This document shows positions 12,378-24,660 of a DNA stretch of 64,000 nt, in pieces. Origin of the DNA: Marsupella aquatica (taxonomy: Eukaryota > Plantae > Marchantiophyta); NCBI GenBank assembly GCA_973895155.1, contig OZ316894.1, positions 10,385,874-10,449,873 on the forward strand. The letters run 5' to 3'. Every line of letters begins with the position of its first letter. Position 1 is the stretch's first letter. Position numbers and translations under genes: made by a program. Under the pieces are notes generated by a model, which was not told where the DNA came from, made no database searches, and was given only the letters and a program-made list of their open reading frames with translations.

Positions 12378-14010
12378 ACAATGCAAAGAGCGATCCGCGT
12401 ATATTTCTCTTCACTTTCAAGACTTCAAAACAAACAATATTTTCACTCATGGGCGTTTCGTATCGGAGATTTCTTTACTTAGCCGCGATTTTGCGATCGG
12501 GCAAATGAGAAGGGTGGTCACACTTCTCGTTTGGTCCGTCACTGTGTTCTTAGGAATAGTTGCAGCCTGCGCTTCTATCTCCGTCGTTGATTCCAACGCC
12601 GTGTTAGCGCCTTGATTTAACTGTACCTGATTGTCAGTAGGAGAGTCCACGTGTCGCTCTGTAACACCAATGCAGCTGTCATCGACCTGCTGCTTAGTCC
12701 CCACATCATCTTTGAATGCCTTATCTGCCTTAGTCTCTTTAGTTGAAGTAGTATTTTCTTCCAAAATTCTGCAATTTCTAGCCAGATGTCCCTTCTCATT
12801 GCAACGAAAACAATGATAAGGAATGTTTTTGAATTTGACCGGCTGCCAAATTGTGATGTCATCTATAATCTCGATCCCTACACTATGCGGGATTTCACGG
12901 CTAGTATCCCATAGAATGCAAGCTCAATCATGGGGAAAGGAGCTACGGACATCACCTTGAATGTAGTAAAGAAGTTTGCCCAAAGATTCTGCTATTCTTT
13001 TACAACATCCTTCAAGAACGAGAGCTCGGAAGGGTATCTCAATCCAGACTAGCAGCTTGGTATAGGAATCATTCCTGACATCAATGAAGCCCTGGGCCCC
13101 CAGCCTTTGTATTGGTAAGGGGTATATGTGCGTACAGCCCCTTATCACATACCCCTTATTATTTTTGGTCACCGATAGATTTATCTCTTGTTATTCTTAA
13201 AAACTTAATTTTAGAGAATTTATTTACCCCTTGCAAAAATTATAAATCTACCATTAATCAAATTTAAAAAGGTCTTAAAATATTATAAATTTTTGAAAAA
13301 TATTTAAAAATATACAAAACTCATTAAAGGTATACCATAGAAAAATAGGTATCTATATAAAAAATAGTATTGGAATGGAGAAGAAGACTCAACTTTAGCA
13401 CATATAACAATGAATCACTCTGTTCTAGCACATGTAATAGTGCTTTAACTTTAACAGTGTTTCTAGCACATATAAGAGTGCTTCATTATGATTTAGCACA
13501 TGAAGCAGTGCTTACAAATCTACCTATTGTCTATAAAGGGCATATATGTAAAAGTACTTATACAACTATTTTCTAATAATCTTATAAAAGCACTATTTCT
13601 AGAAAACATTTTGCTATAAACATGTAAGAGTGTTTGCAAAAGTTCTGAACTAAGAGGCCGGGCACACATTTAGGGTTTAGTGCATACAGAACTTCTATCT
13701 GAACTAAGAGAACACTCTTGCAAAATTCTCAACTTATATGTCCTCCTCTTGTCTTCCATCTTCAAAAGATCCTGAGTGAACACAATAAAAAAAAATTACA
13801 TCAAAAACATTAATGATTTGTCCAAATTAAACTATTATGTGGAGTAATATGTGAACCTAATGAGCATATGTTTTACTATGTCATATCAAATGGGATATCA
13901 AATTGTTCACAAAAGCAAACAGGATCTTAAGAACTTGCCTTAGAAAAAATCTTGTCTCCTTGCATGGCTGAAGTCTCAGAATATAACCATTTACCCTTCT
14001 GTGGTATCAA

Positions 14011-17000
14011 TCACTTATGGGCTTTAGCAAAATCATCCAGCAAATTTGCATCAGCGGGATGCAAATGAAAAACATTTGGAGTTGTGGGATTCACTGATAG
14101 TGTCACGTTTGATATCACACAATCCAAATCGATCCACTGAGGATCACAAACATTGTAAGCAAATCTGTGCTTACTATTTCCAATCCTTGAAAACCATTCA
14201 AAACGAACTCTTACAGCTTCTTCACCGCCAGGCCTATCAAGTAAATCCACTGATTGTCTTGTTCTACCCATCACCCGACCCTGATATTTTCGTTGGATGC
14301 ATTGTACCCTCCCTATCCACCAAGTGTACTTAAGGGTATCAGGTACTGTGGTAACGTTCACAGGTTCTCCCCTTGGCTTTTTTGGATTGGGAGCAGAAGA
14401 TCCATTTGTTGTCCCACATTCTTTCCTTGCTCTTTTCCCTTTCATGGCTTTTTGTATAGCCTCAGTGGCTCTTGTGGCCCGAGTCTGTACTGTTGTATCA
14501 GCAAAGAGAACTCCACAATCACTACCCACAGTCATGAACATGGTGACTGCTCCTGCTCGATCTTTGGGTGCATCAACTAAATTGTTGAAGTACAAGCTCT
14601 GTTTCACTCTAGTCAAACGATCTTTACTTACATTGGGGTTACCAACTAGTTGGCTTACCAATGTGCTCTTGTATATAGTCCGACCATCAAAACTCACAGT
14701 TGGTCTGATGTCAAGAACAGGTTGTCCATACACCAAGTCTGAATGCATTTCAGACATAACAGCTGAACAATGATCCCCTACTATTGCAATGCTTGGCCTT
14801 TCACTATCTTCAATGATCTCACTACTTTCTGCCATTGCCATATCAGTTGGAAGTGTTGGGATAGTTACATTAGCTGCAATTTGCCTGATCTCCCCGCCTG
14901 ATTCTTCATCATCACTATCAACAGGTGCAAGATCCTCCACCTTAACATCACACCATCCTCCAAACTTGGACCCTTTTTTTTCAGTAATCCAAGGTGATTC
15001 CCACCATACTTTATCCCTACAAGATGTAGATGGATTCATCTGCAACTCGATTCCTACAGTCTGGGCTAAAAGTAACCCTTCTTTCAGAGCTACCACAACT
15101 TCCTCATTGGTTTCAATACCTGTGTAGTCTACAGGATTAACAGAAGTACCAACTTGTACCGGTATTGAATGCAATTTCATCCAAATATTGCAATGCTTCT
15201 TGTGACTTTTTCCAGCCCCTGTGATCCCTTTGCTGAGATCCATTGCAGCCAACCTATTCAACGATGTTGCACAGTCAATCAACTCAGAGAAATCATAACT
15301 ATGCTCATTCCCTTTCATTCCTCCTACTTTGGAGAAAAACTGTTCACATGCATCAGATCCTGTCAAATGCAATGGCACATTTGGCAAATGTCTGAAATTA
15401 TCCCTGAATTGGATAATTAGAAGTACCACAAAGTGCACAGACATCTGAATATCAAGAAATGTCTGCATAGGGACACAACTCACAGTAAAATTGATTGCTG
15501 TCATGTTACCTCCAACACTATGATTTCCATGAAAACACCATAATCGCCAAAGGCGAAAAAAGAAACTAACTTTGGCACAGAGAACAACCCGCTCTCTCAA
15601 GGTGAGACAAGGATTCATAAAGATATCCAAGTAATCACCACATATTGTGAGATACATCTCAGTCCCCAGAGTTCGCTCAACTCTTGCATCTTTCCTTTCA
15701 CGAAGCATTCTTAGTGCCTTCACAACTTTTCTACTACATAATCGTTGTGCACTGGCCCAATTCTGTCTATCATTCCGTGTAACATCACCTTTGTTCAACC
15801 CATGATCCAAGTTGCTATATAAACGTTGGAGAGTGTCCAAGTTACTGATTCCAGCCACCTCTGTTCCCAGCTTCAAAGTTCTGGCAGCAGAATCAAGTGG
15901 GTTTATTAACTTCTTTCCATTATGAATGTAATCCTGATCATGTAAACCAACAGCATGTGTATGACGTCCATTGGTAGTGAATGAGTGGCTCAATAGCCAA
16001 CCTTCCCATCTCAAATTCTGTCTTTGCCCTTGATATGAGCTTTGACCAGTGTAGTCTTCTAGCATCAGCTTTCTCCTTCGTGCATCTCCATCACTAGCAT
16101 GACCCAAGAGAGGACCAACTGAGTCTAGACAATATTTAGCCCACAAAGTGTCTGTGGACTTCAGCTTTCTCCTTCGTGCATCTCCATCACTAGCATGACC
16201 CAAGAGAGGACCAACTGAGTCTAGACAATATTTAGCCCACAAAGTGTCTGTGGACTTCAGCTTTCTCCTTCGTGCATCTCCATCACTAGCATGACCCAAG
16301 AGAGGACCAACTGAGTCTAGACAATATTTAGCCCACAAAGTGTCTGTGGACTTCCATTGTTGATTGACAAAATCTGCAGTAAACTTACCGCATGTACTCA
16401 TGGCTACCATGCAAAATTTAGGAAATCTTTCTGCAAGAGGATTTACTACTATACATCTGGCCTGGTTTCCAATTTTGTAATTCTCAAAGGTATCAGTGAT
16501 TTTGCTGAAACCCTCCTCTCCTGCTCCAACCTTTATTGTCAAGCCAACCACACACTGGTGATCCTCTTTCAACCCACAAAACCCCAATAAGGTGTCATGT
16601 TTTGGTTGCCATCTGCAACACAGCCATCCACAATAGTGGTCAGCCACAGACCTATTGAGGAGAGGGATAACAGCCAAAAATTTACTACAGACTGTAGGAT
16701 GTTGTCCAGGGGAATGAAATCACCTGACTGTCCACTTAAGACAGGTCTCATCTTCTGCCAAATAGCATGGCACGGGACCTGTGATCCCCATCCTCTGCTT
16801 TAGTTGAGAGTATACAGCAGCAACAAACTTGAACTGGTCAGCATGCAAACCAGGCCTAAATACAGCCATGGCTCTCCTGTCCCGTTGAAGGGTGTTCAGA
16901 CTAGGGCCTAATGCATTACTTTGCAAGCAGTCCGCCACACGCCTGCCACCGTGTTGGAACAATATCTGGGAAAGAAGTTTAGTGCCAGGCCGAAAGGTGT

Positions 17001-18936
17001 TTCCTTCTTTCTTCCTATTAAGATTTGCAGCTACATCTCGCAACAAGTCCCATAGGGCCTCTCTCCCACCAAATGCACCACGCTGGTGAGCCAAGACTAT
17101 GTCATTGCAAAACTTGTACATGTCTTTCCTACTTCCAGACTCTTTGCAAAGATCTCTCAAAGTGGGGACTCGGGCCCCCAGCATGCACAGGCGGTGTTGC
17201 TGAGCTCTGAGACATTTTCTGAGAGACGAAATGTTTCTCTTGTAAGTTTTGGCTTGTTCTTGAATCTCAGGAATTGTGAGATATGCCAACCGTCTACCCT
17301 TACCGGTTCCTCGAGTACCTCTTTTCTCTACTGCAATGTCCTCTCTAAAGGCTCTTAATCGGAAGTCACCCATCCTTGCAATACTGTAACATTCTTCACA
17401 AGTCAGATCTTGAAAACCACCAAGAAGCCGTGATGCTCTACTACAGTTCACGTGCCTGAACAGTCCTTCTATCAAACAAGATTCTTGGCCTAGAAGACAC
17501 CACACCTCTGCCTTTACCCCTGACTCTGCGTACCATGCTCCATCAACCTTTGGCTGATCTAATAGGATATCCTTGATAGGCCTGATTACTGCACCATATT
17601 GAACTGAGTTCCGCCACAATCCCCAACACAACAATGACCAAGGGTGGGGTTTACCTGGATCTCCTGTCACATCCCCTGAATGGCCTGAACCTCCACTATA
17701 ACCACTCCCTCCTGAACCACTCCCTCCAGCTGTCCCTCCTGACCGGCTGTTGGAAGCAATATCTCTGGCCTGCCGGGTTAAGAACCCATTAATGGTTCTT
17801 TGGCGAACATCCCTCTTATCATCCTTGGGAGGTCTGCCTGACCTTCCTGACAGTATTGGTGCACCAGGTGGTGGCTTCAAACTCCTAGCCACTGCTGATA
17901 GATGATTTGCAGAGATGCAATGGGATTTCAGATTAACCTCCAGATTACGTTGCTTGGGTACCAAAGTGAACACGTTAGAGCAAAAATGGCACCCCACTCT
18001 GAACCGCTCTAACTTCTCCACAGGCTCCTTCTGAACATCACCTACAATGTAGAAGGTAGGTTTGGACACAGGCTCAGATTCATTGAGCCTTTCAACTATC
18101 TGAACATGCATGTCAAGAGTTGCACGATCGTTCAAGGAGGAAGCTGCAGCCCTTCGACTGATCTCAACAGAGTCTACTCTCTGCCCCCTATTATGTGCCA
18201 CATTTTTGGCATGCTTTGGGGTGATCAAATGCTTCTGTTTGAAATTTGTGAAACAATTAGTGACAGACACCCTATCCATAACATACTTAGATGATCCAGA
18301 TATATTAGTGTTGCACTCGCAACACTCTATCTTACCACATGGAACACCACCATTGTCCCAAGTTTTGACGCTCCACTTGTGGTCCTCACACTTTATGAAG
18401 ACCATATGCTCCTTCAACTTGTCAACACTGGACACCCAGAGCTTGGCCAGATCATTTGACATAGTTGTTGACTGGAAACTCACATGTGGATCATCATCCA
18501 CAGGTACATTAGGGAGAGGTGAAGTTGGGGGTGAAACAGGTAGAGGCAAGTCCTGTTGTCCCCACTGTATCTCAGGTTCTACCCTAACTTCAGTGTGCCA
18601 CTCTCCGTCACTAACGCTCTTACTTAGAGCCTCAGCATTGGAGGCATTGCTGCTTCCAACATCTACCCCCACTTTCTGGATGGGCAGAGACTGTATTTTT
18701 GGGATGATGACAATCTTTCCATCACAATCATCAATGAGGTTGCCTTTTTCCCAAGCAGCACGCAATCTACAACCTTCCACGCTATCAATAAAATCAAAAT
18801 CAAAGTCCCAAAGTTCCAAATCCACCATTTTCTGCCTAGCATCCGCCAAGGTCCATCCAGGGAGACAACTAATGGTCCCAGAGTGTTTTCTGGTCCCTGA
18901 CTCATGGTCAACGAGAAATATAGGCACAGGCGGCAT
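14011..18936 (-). CDS. P-element-like transposase, spliced (exons 18936-16724 and 16612-14011; 1604 aa)
   Basis: A 111-bp GT-AG intron (16723-16613) joins the 738- and 888-aa ORFs in frame, giving DETCLKWTVR|WQPKHDTLLGF. Motifs: GPSLNTLQR, LAEDET (D1), ASDGD (D2), DYIHNGK (DxxHxxK), QNWASAQRLCS, GSDACEQFFS (E). Two N-terminal CxxC...HxxxxxH motifs. No internal stops. Confidence 0.8.
16065..16352. repeat. Perfect 3 x 96-bp in-frame tandem repeat inside the transposase
   Basis: Units start at 16065, 16161 and 16257 and encode STDTLWAKYCLDSVGPLLGHASDGDARRRKL(K) three times. Confidence 0.97.
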
Positions 18937-19201
18937 GAAAAAATCACAGATTCAGACCTGCAAGAAATACAATGGACATGTCACATTCAAGCATTTCCCC
19001 ACAATATACACATGTCAATTACACAATCAACACTACCAAAAGAACTGTCCACCATTCTTATATAGAAGTCTGTGAACATGACAAACCATTTCCTGAGAAT
19101 GCAAAAACTATCTCAAAAGTTTCAGATTGATAGTATATACAATAGAACTACAAAAAATGATCCGAGTGGTGCACTAACTCTTCAAAATTGAATACTGAGA
19201 T

Positions 19202-19780
19202 TCAAAATCGCCTACGTCTATCAGTCTCCTCATCACTATCACTACCCCAACCTCCCCAATGTGGTTGTTCTCTCCAAACATTTAATTTTGGCCAATGTGG
19301 AATAGTCTTCACGGTGTGGGGATAAGCCCACAACCAATGGAATTCCACTTGGTTCATCTCAGGATTAACCACTGCCACTGAAACCCTGCGTGATGGAATA
19401 TCACAACAGGCTAACATGCAACATTCACAGAAACTTCCATCTGCCATTTTAGCAGTCAGTAGACCACATACATTTACCGTACGCAAATATGTACAGAGAG
19501 GTCGAGGAGGGAGTTGTCTATTTCGGTAGGGATACAGTTTCCCACCTACGTCAACCAAAAACTCTGTGGCCAGAGAATTTTCCAGACCATCAATGACGTC
19601 CTGGATTTCATCAAAACATTCCTTTCTATTTTCCTTGTAGAAGTTTACTTCATACAATAGAAGCCCCTTCACCACATGACAACAGTGAAGAATGAAGGTC
19701 TTCACTGCACCGGATTTGATGAGGAGAAATATAACATTTCTATTGTACTTGACATATTTGTCCCATCTGATGTAAATCAT
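19202..19780 (-). CDS. Hypothetical accessory protein of the P-like element (possibly a last exon)
   Basis: 192-codon open frame, co-oriented with and just upstream of the transposase; CECCMLACCD motif; no family recognised. Confidence 0.4.
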   Translation of the reverse strand: MIYIRWDKYVKYNRNVIFLLIKSGAVKTFILHCCHVVKGLLLYEVNFYKENRKECFDEIQDVIDGLENSLATEFLVDVGGKLYPYRNRQLPPRPLCTYLRTVNVCGLLTAKMADGSFCECCMLACCDIPSRRVSVAVVNPEMNQVEFHWLWAYPHTVKTIPHWPKLNVWREQPHWGGWGSDSDEETDRRRRF

Positions 19781-22710
19781 TCTATCACCTTAATCCACAA
19801 AGAAATGGTGCACATTCAAGTAATATTCTCTGCAGAGCAACCCTACAATATGCATAATTAATTCTGAACTATTCAACCTCTTCAACTGTAAAAGAAGATC
19901 CCCTTTGCCATAATCAGGCTCGGGTAATATCCACTTCAGGTATGGATAAATCTCCAACATTGCCTGTTAAAACCAGGCAGAATGTAGTGAGTTATTAAAT
20001 CTAAACTGTGACCTCCCCAATCAAATACCCTAGTACAGAACATCTACAGCAGCCCACTGCTTGGGAGACCACATCCATTGGACCAACCCCCAAGAGAGCC
20101 TTGCCCCATCCCGGCCATTGCTCTTGGTGATTGGCTTCTACAGATCCAAGTCAGTTTTCTCCGAGAAATCTCGGGTGGGAAGGGTGGCCCCTTTGCTGAC
20201 AAGGATTCCAATGTCAATGTAAGCACTAGAGGGATTGGGATCTGTAACATGCTCATGTGTGCTTAGCATGTACAGTCGGGTTGCCCACACTCCAATTCCC
20301 TCCACTCGAACACGGTGTACTTGAACTCAGTCCCTATCGACCCTAAATGCCCCAAGAATTTGGATTCTTTGCCAATCCCGGACCAACCAAATCCTAACAC
20401 TTTGGGCTCTAATCAGGAATGCCATTGGCAATCAACTCCAAGGCCCCCCCCCCTCCCAGGCAACCTGCTCTCTCATTCAAGGGGCGCTAGACTGCTGGGT
20501 CATCACTTCCAGCAAGTCTCCTCTGGGGGCATTAGTTCCCCAGGGTCCCAATGAACTTGAGGAACCTGCAAACCAACACTTGCAATAGCAGGGAAGGAAA
20601 TTGCAAACAGGACCTGGAAATGAAAAGCTGAAAACTTACCTCAGCAACACACAATGCCTGTCAATTAACGTCTGTGGAAACATTACAGATACGGTAATCC
20701 AGAAGGAAATAGTACAAAATGCAAAATTGATTGGATACCTTGTGATGGTGGAACCCAACACTTGGGGGCGTCTGTCCTTCCTGACTTCAGAGGTGTATGA
20801 GTATCTGTGTAAATGACAACAAAAAATGAGTTTAAGGAATATCTTTAAAAATAGTTTGCAGTGGGACTATTTAGAAGGGTAATGTCAGGAAAAGGAAGGC
20901 ATTGCCATATATAGGAACATCAATGATCCCCCAAATCTTACCTTACAACGTACTCAGTGTGTGGGACATGTTTCCTTCTAGAGGTGGGGCATAGGGGCAT
21001 AAGTAATACAGTCTCAATGATCACTCCCTCCTACAAAGAGTGAGAAGCAAAGAGAAAAGGCATTAAGTAAATAGCAATTCAATTTCGTCTCATTATAGTA
21101 ATGCAACACAATTATCATGGGCAATTGAAATTGTTACCATTTCAGCCCGCATTTCAGTAATGACCTACTAAGAGAATTGCTACATTCGGTGATAAAATAA
21201 AGTTACGCAATACTATTGCAATGAGCAAATGAAGTGGGTTTTTTAATATTGCAATTTGTATAGGATATTTCAATGGGTTATTTGAATAATGCAATCCGCT
21301 GCTTGTTCGAATTGCTCAAAATCCATCTAGTCCCTGCCCCTACAAATGCTGTGAAAGGAGCAGGAACAAGGCGCAGAAGTAGCAGAGGAGCATGAAATCG
21401 ATGCCTCTCGCTTGGATCGATCCAGATGAGATTAAAGGAGTTGAGTGATGGAATGGCTGAGATTGAGGGGTTAAGAGAAAGGTCTTATTGGACACACAGA
21501 AAATCTCACAAGTGTACTGCAACTTGGTATCGGACAAACAAGATAAAGTAAACAAACCAGCAACACAAAATATGACACCGAAATGAGGATTAGAGCTGCG
21601 ATCAATCATGAATTACTATCTTGGCTTGGGAAACAAGGGAAGGGAGAAGGGGAATGTAGGCAAAGCAGCAGAAGCTGTGTTTGAAGTCAATGCCAAAAAG
21701 GAGAACGAGATGGCAGAATTGTTACACCTTCAAACCGGACCACCAAAATCCTCATATGATTGCATAGACTGCAAGCCAAATCTCGTTCAACAAAGAAAAA
21801 CCAAAACACGAAACCCCAAAACACAAGAAATCCCTCAGCTCCTCAACGCGCCGGGGCAGCCGCGCACAGCAGCTCAGCTTTGTATTCAACTCCTCATTCA
21901 TGACCTCATCTAAATCTTTGAGTGGGGTTTTGGTCGATACTTCCCTTTTTACAACTCACTATGCAGTGCAAAGCCACTTACTACTCTATAATACTGGTTT
22001 GCTTGTGTCATCGGATGTGAGAATTGGACAAAATCATGTCAGTTGTCTAGAGCCATGATCGGAAAAATTGGCCATGATCAATCTTCTTCATCGCTTTGCC
22101 GTGATGCAAAATTGTTCTATCTACTCTCAGCTCAGCTCAGCTTTGCTACGTCCATCGCTTCCCATCTCATATACCAAAGTTCTTAATTGTGGTTCTCGAT
22201 CAAACAACGACATTTCTACCCCACAATTATTCCTGGACTAGTACAATGGACACAAAGGAGAACTGAGAGGCAAACTACCCAAAAGCAGACACCTTCCACT
22301 GGCCTGTGGCAGACACCTTCCACAGGGACTTCCACAGCAGTAGCCGCACATTTGACAAGTAAAATGCCCGGACAGCAAGAGCGACAACTTCTGCACACAT
22401 TTGAAGCACAAATTTAACCACGATGCAGGCCACGATGGAGCAACAAATAGGAGTTCACCATGCTTTGCTACTCTGATTGAACAAGAGCAAATGATATACC
22501 AATAGATTTGAAAATCACTATGACATTGTGCAAAAGAAACGATTAGATAGTTTGAAAATGACCTGATTGTTGCAATCGCTTGTAGTCTTTTGAGGTGGAC
22601 AGCGCTCACCCAAACAAAAAATTCTGCAATCACAAAAAATATTAGCATTTAGAAAACCAAACACATCTACAACTGCACAGGCATTGGCACCCACATTAAA
22701 CAAGAAGCCT

Positions 22711-22870
22711 TGTAATCGAGAAAGACTTGGATTCTGTGAAAGACGAAAGTTGTAATCCCCGTGAAACACAGAGCGTACCTCCGATTGGAAGACATCTACA
22801 AGTACACAGTAATGTAATCGAGAAAGACTTGGACTCTATGAAAGACAAAAGCTGCAATCCCCGTGAAACA
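22711..22870. repeat. Short direct repeat (~58 bp, period 102 bp)
   Basis: TGTAATCGAGAAAGACTTGGA..CCCCGTGAAACA at 22711 and 22813. Confidence 0.8.
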
Positions 22871-24449
22871 TATTGAGGGTCCAAGTCAAACAGAGACGTC
22901 AAGAGCAAAGAGCACGGACCTTTTCACGCAAACACTGGATTTCACCCAAGACTGACTGATCTCAACAATTCGGAGGCCACCAGCTCAAATTCAACGTCCC
23001 GAACGCTCTCCCAACAGCCGATCAAATCGAAAGAACTCAACGCAGCTGGCTCATCGCTGTATTGGACAGTCAAATGCCATCGAACAAGTCAGAAGAACAA
23101 CTGTAATGGAGAGCAAAATACCATTACAATGTAAGCAACTAGCAAAGCTTTACAGTCACTATGTAAATGAAAATAGCTGCCCAAGATTGAGATACACGGA
23201 CAAGATCAAAAGCAAAGGAATAAGTCAAGCAAAGAGGAAAGAGGAGACAGCACATTTCCTGTCACACATTAGAACATAAAATTATCTGGATTGCTTGCGA
23301 GTAGACTTACGGATCAGTAAGCCATAGCCCACATTAACAAGATGACAGCACTGAGCACGACAATGTGGGAATCAGCAGAGAGCACCATATCCAACAAATT
23401 CCAAACGGCAGCGGCAACAGTTACAGTCGGGCCCAACATTCAATTAACACAGGATTGCCAAAATGCCCGGGAAAACGCCACGACCAGACTCAACATGAAA
23501 GCTTGTAAAGCTTCAGGATACAATGAAAAACTAAATTGCATAGACAACGACAATGAGTAGAGGGTGTGCAGGGTGGTGAAAAGGCAAGACACTGATTTGG
23601 ACCTTTTTGCATTGCAGCATGCTAGGATTTGTGGGCCTCCTACAGACAGCTTGAGACACCGTCTGCAGTTGCACGCATACTCGGGGCTGCGCTCCAATAG
23701 CAACAGTAGCAAACCTTACATAGACAATGTCGCTTCCCACAACACCCAAGGCATACCACCTTTCATTTTCTGCAACATTTCAGCCCTACTGTGAGCCGCA
23801 ATTTCAAAACAAAGAGGAGTTGACCATAGTTGAAAGTGGAGCGGGAAGTGCAGTGCATACCAAAATATTTGAAATCACATACTATGCGGAGTAAGGTAGT
23901 GAGCCGAGTAAGATAGTGAGCAGAGGGAGTCGGACCTCTTTCAGATGCCTGGGCTTCCCGCTGGCCGGGCTTCCAGCAGACAAACGGCACTAAGCGCAGA
24001 TCAACAATAGCCACAACAACACCTCAACCCGCGCCTCACCCTTCTTACAGATCGACGGTAGCTCGGGCAATAGCTGGCAGTAGGTTACGAGCTTTCATAG
24101 TTAGTAAAGTGTATGCATGCATAAACAATGGAAAGTATGATCATTCTACGTAAACAGTGGGCAGTGTAAGGAAAGTTACCCCTAAACAAAACTCCAAAAA
24201 AGGTGTGCCTCCCACAGTCGGTCCCGCCAGTGCACGCCTCCCAGCCTTGCAACGTCCCGCTTTGCGTCAAATGCCACTTTCGCAAGCATCAAGTGTCGGC
24301 CTCCACCCGCAACATTTCATTTAGGCCCCATAGCTTCCTTCATCCAAGGTCCGTAGCCAACCTGCAAGCTCCACTTCCCTCAGCCTAAACCGAACCTCTC
24401 GACTTGGTAGCACTATGTGAAATCCGGCGGCTTGAAGCTAAGCCCTAAT

Positions 24450-24660
24450 TCCCTTCGACCCCGACTTTGACACTCCCTTGGACTCACTTTGACCCCGGGC
24501 CTTCGACTCGTTCCCTTGGGGATTGAGTATTCTCGGCCCCTGCCCCGGGCCTTCGACTCATTCCCTTGGGGATTGTTTACTCCCCCTGCCCCGGACCTTT
24601 GACTCATTCCAGGGCTCATTCCCTTGGGATTGAGTACTCCCCCTGAACTTTTGCCCTGCA
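24450..24660. repeat. Subterminal degenerate tandem repeats of the P-like element
   Basis: Repeated CCCCGGGCCTTCGACTC(A/G)TTCCCTTGGGGATTG-like units ~400-550 bp from the right TIR. Confidence 0.75.

Larger units (their letters stand above)
7380..12548. mobile_element. Non-autonomous TIR DNA transposon (~1.3 kb without its nested insert), 4-bp TSD CTTA
   Basis: ~32-bp TIRs AACACGGTGATGGACCAAACGAGAAGTGTGAC / AACACAGTGACGGACCAAACGAGAAGTGTGAC. CTTA at 7376-7379 and 12549-12552. The empty site restores LINE ORF1. Confidence 0.85.

Noticed and set aside
7382-12546. Transib/RAG-like element, because the ends read CACGGTG/CACAGTG (RSS heptamer)
   Set aside because: The inverted repeat extends 2 bp further out (AA/TT), there is no 5-bp TSD next to CAC, and the frame-restoring TSD is 4 bp.
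18110-19075. 321-aa plus-strand ORF and other antisense ORFs over TE genes
   Set aside because: Shadow frames of the real opposite-strand ORFs, with no motifs.
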